From the NCBI GenBank assembly GCA_963696385.1, contig CAVOKF010000007.1, positions 256,001 to 320,000 of the forward strand: a stretch of 64,000 bases of DNA, in the 5' to 3' direction. Origin of the DNA: an uncultured delta proteobacterium. Lineage in GTDB: Bacteria > Myxococcota_A > Polyangia > Polyangiales > Polyangiaceae. Both the position numbers and the translations under genes were made by a program. Below the pieces are notes generated by a model. The model was not told where the DNA came from. It ran no database searches and was given only the letters and a program-made list of their open reading frames with translations. Below are positions 13,243 through 21,156 of the stretch, one piece after another (the stretch's first letter is position 1; each line of letters starts with the position of its first letter).

Positions 13243-14523
13243 ATGTCGACTCATCTTCGCCTCGCTGCAGCGTGCCGCACGGTCGCTCGGGGCATGCCCG
13301 TCGTCGTTATCGCGGCAATCGGCCCCGGTTTTGAACGCTCGTCCGTCGCCGGCGAGGCCTTGACCTCCGACCCGGCGGTGGACGCCGGCGCGATGATCAC
13401 GATCAGCGGCACGGTGACCGATCCTATTGACGGCCCGCAGGCCGGCATCACGATCACGCTGAGCGGCAGCGCCCAGGCTCAAGTCGTGACCAATTTTTCC
13501 GGCAGCTTCTCGTTCAGCGTCAAACCCGGCGGCTCGTATTCGCTCACGGCGGCCGGAACCAACAACTACTTCCAGCCGCCCTTTCAAACCTGCCTCACGG
13601 TGACCCCGAGCATCGTCAATCTCAACAACCTGAAGTCGAGCACCACCCTTCAGTTCGTCGGTTCCGGGACGGACCCGGTCACCAACTGTTCGCCCTCCGC
13701 GTCGACGGGCGCCATCTCGGGCTCGCTCACGCTTCAGGGTCGGGTCACCTCCGACGGGCTTCCCGTCGCTGGCGCCCGCGTTTACTTGAACGGCAGCGCC
13801 CAGGGCTACCGCACGTCCGACGAGACGGGGGCCTACACCTTCGCGGTGAATCCGGGTTCGTACTCGGTCGACGTCTCGGGCGCCTGTGCGTCGTTCACGC
13901 CCGACGTTTCGAATCTCAATAACCTCAAGGCGAACACGACGCAGAATTTCAAGGGCACGAGCTGCCCGCCCGCACCGCTCACGTACTGCCCTGCCTTCGA
14001 CGCGCTTTTCGGTCTCTCGGAGCCCGCGAGCTGCGACACGGTGTCCACGGACGATTGCGCGTTCGACCGGCTCGACTCCGCGGGTGGCTGGGCCGGCGAC
14101 GTGGCCAACGACTTTGACTTCACGACGGAGGCGACCGACTGCCGCCTCGGCGCGTGGAACAACCCGCCCATCGTCAACGACTTCACGGACGTGGGCTTCT
14201 TCCAGCAATCGCTCGCGCTGAACCTTTTCACCCTGCAACTGTTCGGGTGCGCGGAGGCCGGCAACCTCGACGGCCCACTCTCGTTGCAAGTCTCGCTCAT
14301 CCCGCCGGATCTCATTCGCGCGGGTCTGACGTTCACGACGGCCGACATCTCCGCCATGGAGGACGACTACGTCGCGGCGATCAACCAGGCGCTCGCGAGC
14401 AACGGGTCGCCCGCCCTCACGGCGACGCAGACAGCCGCCTTCCGTGCCCAGCTCGATTACGCGGCAAGCAAGGTTCCGGGCGTCATCTCGTCGTCGAAGC
14501 TTTCGTACAGCACGTGCCCGTAG
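13243..14523 (+). CDS. Secreted protein with two carboxypeptidase-regulatory-like beta domains and a C-terminal truncated-globin-like region
   Basis: Repeated ISGTVTD...GITITLSGSAQ / LQGRVTSDG.PVAGARVYLNGSAQ...G.Y; C-terminal helical region resembles group I trHb; start could be 13294. Confidence 0.6.
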   Translation: MSTHLRLAAACRTVARGMPVVVIAAIGPGFERSSVAGEALTSDPAVDAGAMITISGTVTDPIDGPQAGITITLSGSAQAQVVTNFSGSFSFSVKPGGSYSLTAAGTNNYFQPPFQTCLTVTPSIVNLNNLKSSTTLQFVGSGTDPVTNCSPSASTGAISGSLTLQGRVTSDGLPVAGARVYLNGSAQGYRTSDETGAYTFAVNPGSYSVDVSGACASFTPDVSNLNNLKANTTQNFKGTSCPPAPLTYCPAFDALFGLSEPASCDTVSTDDCAFDRLDSAGGWAGDVANDFDFTTEATDCRLGAWNNPPIVNDFTDVGFFQQSLALNLFTLQLFGCAEAGNLDGPLSLQVSLIPPDLIRAGLTFTTADISAMEDDYVAAINQALASNGSPALTATQTAAFRAQLDYAASKVPGVISSSKLSYSTCP

Positions 14524-14574
14524 CACGCACCCGTCCAGGTTCTCTGGTGGGATCGCCTTTAACGGGGCGCTGCA

Positions 14575-15046
14575 CTAAGCAAGCAGCAGCGACAGCCGTC
14601 CGCCGGCGTAGCCCGCGAGCGTCAGCTCGAGATCCAGGCGCATCCTCGGCTGGATGAGGACGTTGCCGACGGCGGGGGGCAATGCGGTCGATGGAGGCGA
14701 CAGAATCCCGCAAGCGCACATGCGTCCCTTCGAAAATGCCGGCCAGGATGTTCAACACCTCGCGAAGGTTGTCGAAGATCTCGTCGGGAAAGCTGCCCTT
14801 GCTCGCGGCGTCCGCGGCGACCGTGACTGGAATCAGCGCGAGGGCCGCGCCCATCGAGGCCGAGAGGGCCAGGTCGCAAATGCACACCGCCACGACCGCG
14901 CCCGAATCGTCGACGTAGGTTCCCGTGCACGCCTGGACGGAAGCGGGCATGGGCGCGCCCTTCTTCGGACCGACGGCCTTGCCGAAGAGATCCCGCAGGA
15001 CGCGGGCGACCGCGCTTGGAGCAGGGAGGGCAAGCCGTGCGGACAT
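14575..15046 (-). CDS. Conserved chemotaxis-operon protein (CheC/CheX-like), apparent +1 frameshift at ~14704
   Basis: YVDD..AV...DL.L..MGAAL.L.P, DNLREVLNI (ExxN motif); removing one base restores ...RLDLELTLAGYAGGRLSLLLA* ending at 14575. Confidence 0.6.
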
Positions 15047-15054
15047 CGGGGCAC

Positions 15055-15420
15055 TCAGCGCTTTAGGATGGGCCCCAGGACCTGTCGAAAGCTTTCGGAA
15101 TCGAAGGGCTTGGCAATGAGCGCTAGAGCTCCAGCCGCCTTCGCGCGCTCGCGCATCTCGGACGTCCCTTCGGACGTAATGAAGACGAAAGGGACCTTGT
15201 TCCCTTCGCGGGTGAGCGCGGACAAAAGATCGAACCCACTCATCTCCGGCATATTCCAGTCGGATAGCACGAGGTCCGGCGTCTTCACGCGAATCGCGGC
15301 GAGCGCCTCGGCCCCGTTGCAGGCTTCCTGGATGTCCTCGTCGGCGAAGTCCGCCTGCCGCAGCGTTCTCCGTACGATGAGCCGCATGGCCTTGGAGTCG
15401 TCTACCACCAGTATCTTCAC
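15055..15420 (-). CDS. cheY: CheY-like response regulator
   Basis: KILVVDDS, DLVLSDWNMPEMSG, FITSE, IAKPF. Confidence 0.9.
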   Translation of the reverse strand: MKILVVDDSKAMRLIVRRTLRQADFADEDIQEACNGAEALAAIRVKTPDLVLSDWNMPEMSGFDLLSALTREGNKVPFVFITSEGTSEMRERAKAAGALALIAKPFDSESFRQVLGPILKR

Positions 15421-15470
15421 GGTATGGCCCCCCCGTTTCGACGTTTCTGGGTGAGAGCGCCGACGTCACC

Positions 15471-15929
15471 CTACACGCGCGCCTCGCGCGAAAGCAGGGT
15501 CACGACGAACTCCTCTCCGTGCGAAGCAAACCAGACGGTTTGTACGGCCACGGCGTCGCAGATGGTTAGCGCGGCCCGGGCACTCTCGACGACGACGGGC
15601 AGCGAGAGCTGGGTGGGGCCCGGAAGAAGAGCCTTGATGTTCCCGCCCACCATGTTCGCGAGCTCGCCGAGCGCGTCGCGGACGTCATCCGACGAGGTGT
15701 CGGCGGGGCTGGTTTCGAACATGCTGGCGGCCGCCGCCCGGGCCAAGCCGACGGGACATTGGATCATCACGGCTCCCTCCCATGCGCCGCTGATCTGGAC
15801 GCACCCGGTGACGACCGTCGCAGGAAGTCGCGGTTCAGGCATCCCGGACCTTTCCTCGGCGTCCGTTTGAAGGACGTTGGTCCACACGGCACTCGTAATG
15901 TCCCGGATGTCTTGCTCTTCAACGCTCAT
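15471..15929 (-). CDS. cheX: Chemotaxis phosphatase CheX family
   Basis: VQISGAWEG, DALGELANMVGGNIK, LSLPVV. Confidence 0.88.
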   Translation of the reverse strand: MSVEEQDIRDITSAVWTNVLQTDAEERSGMPEPRLPATVVTGCVQISGAWEGAVMIQCPVGLARAAAASMFETSPADTSSDDVRDALGELANMVGGNIKALLPGPTQLSLPVVVESARAALTICDAVAVQTVWFASHGEEFVVTLLSREARV

Positions 15930-16777
15930 TTTCCTGCCTCTGCGCCGCCAGGTCGGTAGTAAACGGCCTTGTCGACTTGAACGCGTTTGAACGAATCATC
16001 CACCTTGAGAGTGGTTTCGGCCCCCCCGAGAAACAGGTAGCCGTCGGGAGCGAGAACCTGCCGGACTCGTGACAGAACACGTTGTTTGGTCGGCACGTCG
16101 AAGTAAATGAGAACGTTGCGGAGGAAAACGACGTCGAAGACAGGCATGGCCGGCCAAGGGTCGATCAGGTTCATCTGACGGACCTCGAACAGGTCTCGAA
16201 GGCTCTGCTTGATCTGCCAATGGACTCCTGTTCGATCGAAGTACTTGACGAGCAGCGGCGCCGGAAGGCCGCGGTTGACCTCAAGCTGGCTGAATACTCC
16301 CTTTTGGGCGCGAGTGACCATCGCGGACGCCAGGTCGGTTCCGATGATCCGCACGTCCCAGGGCGTGAGGTCCGGGAAGTGCTCCCGGAGCACCATCGCG
16401 ATGGTGTAGGCTTCCTGCCCCATGGAGCAGGCCGCGCTCCAGATCCGGATTCGGCGCGATCCCGCGCGCGTTTTGCGCAATTTGGGGAGGATCTCCGTCC
16501 GTAGCGCATCGAACGGGTGCAGATCGCGAAAAAAGCTCGTCTCGTTGGTCGTCATGGCTTCGACGACTTTGGAATGCAAACCGTTCGCCGGTTGCGCGCG
16601 GAGCCGGCCCACCATCTCGTCGATCGAGGCGAACCCCTCCGCTCGCGCAAGGGGCCCGAGCCGCGACTCGATCAGGTACTCTTTGCCCGCTTCGATGACG
16701 ATGGCGGATCGCCGGTAGACGAGCTCGCGCACATAGGCGAGGTCCGACGGGCTTACCACGAGGAGGTCCTTGGCCAT
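15926..16777 (-). CDS. cheR: Chemotaxis methyltransferase CheR
   Basis: MTTNETSFFRD, IWSAACSMGQEAYT, FDVVFLRNVLIYF, GYLFLGGAET. Confidence 0.95.
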   Translation of the reverse strand: MAKDLLVVSPSDLAYVRELVYRRSAIVIEAGKEYLIESRLGPLARAEGFASIDEMVGRLRAQPANGLHSKVVEAMTTNETSFFRDLHPFDALRTEILPKLRKTRAGSRRIRIWSAACSMGQEAYTIAMVLREHFPDLTPWDVRIIGTDLASAMVTRAQKGVFSQLEVNRGLPAPLLVKYFDRTGVHWQIKQSLRDLFEVRQMNLIDPWPAMPVFDVVFLRNVLIYFDVPTKQRVLSRVRQVLAPDGYLFLGGAETTLKVDDSFKRVQVDKAVYYRPGGAEAGK

Positions 16778-17865
16778 CGCAACTCGTCCGGGGGCGACCT
16801 CCGGGTGCCCCCGATCCGCCGCCACACCTCGTGGGCGACCGCGTCGAGGGGAACGACCGCGTCTGCAAGGCCTGCGTTTGCGATGTAACCCGGCATGCCC
16901 CACACGACGGACGTGGCCTCGTCCTGGACGACGACCTGCCCGCCGGCTTCGCGCACGTGCTCGCAGCCTCGAAGCCCGTCCTGCCCCATCCCCGTGAGCA
17001 CGACCGCCAATGTGTTCGCACCGTAGCACTCGACCGCCGAGCGAAAGAGCACGTCGACCGCCGGCCGGCACGAGTTCTCGTGCGGAGTTTTGAGCAGCTT
17101 GAGGCGTCGTGCAAAGCCTTCGCGATACACCACCATGTGGTAGTCGCCCGGCGCTATCCACAGATCGCCCGGCGCCAAGGTCTCACCGCCGCGGGCCTCT
17201 TTCACGCCGAGACTTGTGTGGGCGCGCAAGCGGTCCGCCAGCAGACGCGTGAAGACCGGAGGCATGTGCTGGACGATCACCACGGGGACGCTCGGATTCG
17301 GGGGGAACGACTCGAGCAGGGTCGTCAGCGCTTTCGGGCCGCCGGTGGAACAACCAATCATGAGTACTTCGACATGCGCCGCGGACGAGCGAGGCTTCGT
17401 CGCGACACCGCGCGCAGGCGCCGCGCTAGGCGTCGCGGTCGAGCGAAGCGAGCCGAGCGCAGAGGCTCCGAAGAGGAGAACCTTGCTGAGAAGCTGTTCT
17501 CGCAGCTGATGGCTAGCGGCCGCGATGCTCAATCCGCTGGGCTTCGTGACGTAGTCGCTGGCCCCCAGCGTGAGCGCCGTGAGTGTCGCCGCCGCCGCGC
17601 GCTCCGTGACAGCGCTGAACATGATGACGGGCAGCCGAGGATGCGTCTTGCGGATCGCAGCCAACGTCTCAAGGCCGTCCATCTCCGGCATCTCCACATC
17701 CAGGGTCACGACGTCGGGATTCACCTGTCCGATCTTGGCGAGCGCGATCTTGCCGTTCGCCGCCGTGCCTACGACTTCGCAGCTCGGATCGGAGCCGAGG
17801 ACGTCCGCGACGAGACGGCGAACGACGACGGAGTCGTCGACGATGAGAACGCGGATCTTAGGCAT
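16753..17865 (-). CDS. cheB: Chemotaxis methylesterase CheB (REC + esterase)
   Basis: VLIVDDS, DVEMP; IGCSTGGP, VQHMP, RPAVD, LTGMGQDG, VWGMP. Confidence 0.96.
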   Translation of the reverse strand: MPKIRVLIVDDSVVVRRLVADVLGSDPSCEVVGTAANGKIALAKIGQVNPDVVTLDVEMPEMDGLETLAAIRKTHPRLPVIMFSAVTERAAAATLTALTLGASDYVTKPSGLSIAAASHQLREQLLSKVLLFGASALGSLRSTATPSAAPARGVATKPRSSAAHVEVLMIGCSTGGPKALTTLLESFPPNPSVPVVIVQHMPPVFTRLLADRLRAHTSLGVKEARGGETLAPGDLWIAPGDYHMVVYREGFARRLKLLKTPHENSCRPAVDVLFRSAVECYGANTLAVVLTGMGQDGLRGCEHVREAGGQVVVQDEATSVVWGMPGYIANAGLADAVVPLDAVAHEVWRRIGGTRRSPPDELRWPRTSSW

Positions 17866-18241
17866 GGGTCGGAGTGCCGAGGCCCAGGATCCCGAGCTTG
17901 GCTCGAAGAATTTCCGTGGTAAACGGCTTCATCACGTACTCGTTGGCGCCCGCTTCCAGGGCGCGTGCCATCTGTGCGGCTTCCGCCTCCGTCGTCACCA
18001 TCATCACGCGAACGCCGTCGAACGCATGGTTTTGGCGCACCGCGAGAACGAAGTCGAGGCCGTTCATTCGCGGCATGTTCCAATCGACTAGAGCGAGGTC
18101 CACCGTGCCCAGCTCTTGCAGTCGCTCGAGAGCCTCCACGCCATCGCTGGCCTCGACGAGAGTTCGGAAGCCTTCCGACGCAAGAAACTTTTTCAGGATG
18201 GATCGCATGACCCGCGAGTCGTCGACGACGAGTGCTTTCAC
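17858..18241 (-). CDS. cheY: CheY response regulator
   Basis: GTG start at 18241; KALVVDDS, LVDWNMPRMNG, MVTTE, GANEYVMKPF. Confidence 0.9.
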   Translation of the reverse strand: MKALVVDDSRVMRSILKKFLASEGFRTLVEASDGVEALERLQELGTVDLALVDWNMPRMNGLDFVLAVRQNHAFDGVRVMMVTTEAEAAQMARALEAGANEYVMKPFTTEILRAKLGILGLGTPTHA

Positions 18242-18308
18242 CTCATATCTCCCTTCCGAGGCAAGAAGAACGACTCCCGCCCTCTTTCCGGCCGGAGGTC
18301 CGCGTTGC

Positions 18309-20622
18309 TCACAAATCGGACGACAGCCTTTGCAGGTCCCCGGCCATCCGCGACACCTCGCTCGAAGCCTTCTTGATGTCCTGCACTCCCGCGGAGGTGT
18401 CCTTCGCGGCTTGCGCGACCCCCGTGATGTTCTGTGCAATCTCGGAGCTGCCCTTCGCGGCCTCGGAGACGTTGCGACTGATCTCGTTCGTGGTCGCCGT
18501 CTGTTCTTCGACGGCGCTGGCGATCGTATTCTGAATGTCGTTGATCTGGTTGATGATGCCGCTGATCTGTCCAATGGCGGCGACGGCCCCTCGCGTGTCG
18601 GTCTGAATCGCCTCGATCTTCTGGCTGATGTCCTCGGTGGCCTTGGCCGTCTCCTTGGCGAGCTCCTTGACCTCGTTGGCAACGACCGCAAACCCTTTGC
18701 CCGCCTCGCCGGCCCTCGCGGCCTCAATCGTGGCATTGAGCGCGAGCAGGTTGGTCTGCTGGGCGATGGACGTGATGACCTTGATCACCTTGCCGATTTC
18801 GGCGCTGCTTTCTCCGAGCTTCGCGACGGTGGCGTTCGTGGTCTCCGCGACCTTCACTGCCGAGGTCGCGACGCGGGCTGCGTCGTTGGCGCTCTTGGCA
18901 ATCTCGCGAATGCTCGCGGTCATCTCCTCGGCGCCGGTCGCGACGGTCTGCACGTTCTTGTTCACCTGTTCGGCGGCGGCGGAGACGACGTTTGCCTGCG
19001 CCGACGTCTCCTCGGCGTTGGCCGCCATCGTGCTCGCGAGGGCGTCGAGCTCCGCTCCCGCGGCGCCGAGGGTCGTGGCGTTGCCTGCAATCTCTCGCTG
19101 GACCAGCGCGGCCCGCTCGCGGCGTCGCACGACCTCGGTGACGTCCGTGGCGTACTTGACGACCTTGCAGGGCTTTCCGTTGAGATCGAGGATCGGGTTG
19201 TAGGAGGCCTGAATGGTGACGACCTTGCCGCCTTTGCCGATGCGTTTGTACTCCGCAGCCTGGTACTCGCCGCGGTTCAGCTTCGCCCAGAACTCGCGAT
19301 AGTCGTTGCTCGACCGCGTCGCCTCGTCGACGAACATGCTGTGGTGCCGGCCCTTGATCTCGTCGAGCGAGTAGCCGAGGACTCTCAGGAAGTTGTCGTT
19401 CGCCGTAACGACCGTGCCGTCCAGCTTGAACTCGATCACCGCCTGGGACTTCGAGAATCGCCGCAATCTGTGCGACAAAGTCGGCCGTGGCGACCTTCTG
19501 CGCCGTGATGTCCGTGGCGTACTTGACGACCTTGAACGGCTTGCCCCGCAGATCGAGGATGGGGTTGTAGGACGCCTGGATCCAGACCTCCTTGCCGTTC
19601 TTGCCGATCCGCTTGTACTCCGCCGCCTGATACTCGCCGCGGTTCAGCTTCGCCCAGAACTCCCGGTACTCGTGACTCGATCGCGTGGCCTCGTCGACGA
19701 ACATGCTGTGGTGACGGCCTTGGATTTCGTCGAGCGAGTAGCCAAGCGCCCGGAGAAAGTTCTCATTCGCGCCGATGACCGTGCCGTCCATTTGGAACTC
19801 GATGACCGCCTGTGCCCTCGAGATGGCCGCGACTTGGCCCGCGTGGTCCTCGGTCTGGGTCACAATCTCCCAGGTCAGCATCATCGCGGCCGGCTTGCCC
19901 GTGGCGTCGTTCACCGACGTGACCAGAAGCGACAGACGCTCGGGGCCTAGCTGAACGATCGCGCGGTGCGGAAGGCTCTTCGGGTCGGACAAGATGCGTC
20001 GCTGGTGCGACGGGACCTTGTGGAACACGTCGATGCTGCTACCGATGATCTTCGATACGGGGATCGGGAGGTACTTCTCCAGAACCGATAGCGTGCTGCG
20101 CGACGCAGCGTTCATCTGACGGATGGTGAAATCCAGGTCGCACGTCAAGATGTTCACCGGCACGCTCTCGATCATCTGGGCGAGCTTGACGGCTTCGTCG
20201 CGCGCGCTGCCCCGATGCGTCGCGATCTCCAGGTGAATGCCCACGCCGCGGGACTCCTTTCCAGGGCCGCTCATGGGAGATGCCTGGATGGCGAGGAGCT
20301 CGTTGCCGACCCTCACCTCGACGGAGACCTCTCGACCCTGACGCAGACTGCGTCGCTCTTGCGCGGAGAATGCGTGGACGACGTCGAAAGGCTCTCCCAC
20401 AAGGCTGTCCGCGGCGATCTCGATAGCGTCACCGAGGCGCTCGAGAGCCTGGCGGGCTGCCCGGTTCACGTGGCGAACCGTGAGACTTGCATCGCAGTAC
20501 AATAGGCCCGCAGGCGATCCTTCGAAGAGGGCGTCGAGCGAAGCGTCGGTGTCGGGGCGTGCGGGCCCGGGCGGCACGACGCTGTTGCCATTGATTTTTC
20601 CGCGAGCGGTTTCCTCGTCCAT
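18309..20622 (-). CDS. Cytoplasmic multi-PAS methyl-accepting chemotaxis protein, apparent +1 frameshift at ~19456
   Basis: PAS repeats (IDVFHK..HQR; two QAVIEF..DG...ASYNPI) and MCP hairpin [34 protein letters not shown]; no TM segment seen; two ORFs offset by 1 nt. Confidence 0.88.
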
Positions 20623-20695
20623 AGTATTTTCCGTCCCTGTTGTTTTGTTTCACCCATCACTCGTTTGCGGCCGGCTGCAGCGCCGCCGACACGCT

Positions 20696-21151
20696 TCAAC
20701 CAACCGGACTGGAGGGCGCCGGTTCGGCGACCGCCCCTTCCGTATCCAGGACCAGCATCAGCCGGTCCTTCAACCTGTAGACCCCGGCGACGAGCTCTCG
20801 ACCGCTCGCGGCGAGCGTCTCGGGCAAGCGCCCCCGGCTTGCATCGTCGACCTCAACGACGTCGCCAATCTCGTCGACCAACAGGCTGACGGCGCCGTCG
20901 TCGGTGCGGACGACGACGTTCGTGGGCCACTGACCCGCGGGCCGCGGCGCAAGGCCGAGCCGAGCGCGCATGTCGAGCGCGGTCACAATCTGGCCGCGCA
21001 GGTTGATGAGGCCACTGATGATCGGGGATGCCAGAGGCACGGGCGTCATCTCCTGATACCGAATGACCTCCTGGACTCGCGTAACGTCCACGCCGAAGAA
21101 ACGATCGGCGACGAGAAACGTGCAGAATTGCCGGGTATCGCTCATGGTCAT
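20696..21151 (-). CDS. cheW: Chemotaxis coupling protein CheW
   Basis: QFCTF, VQEVIR, GLINLRGQIV, LLVDEIGDV. Confidence 0.94.
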   Translation of the reverse strand: MTMSDTRQFCTFLVADRFFGVDVTRVQEVIRYQEMTPVPLASPIISGLINLRGQIVTALDMRARLGLAPRPAGQWPTNVVVRTDDGAVSLLVDEIGDVVEVDDASRGRLPETLAASGRELVAGVYRLKDRLMLVLDTEGAVAEPAPSSPVG

Positions 21152-21156
21152 CGCCC

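Noticed and set aside
18240..18330. Possible additional 1-nt deletion at the MCP C-terminus (LQRLSSDL* versus LQRLVVRF...)
   Set aside because: The current stop already gives an essentially complete signalling domain; it cannot be decided without reads.
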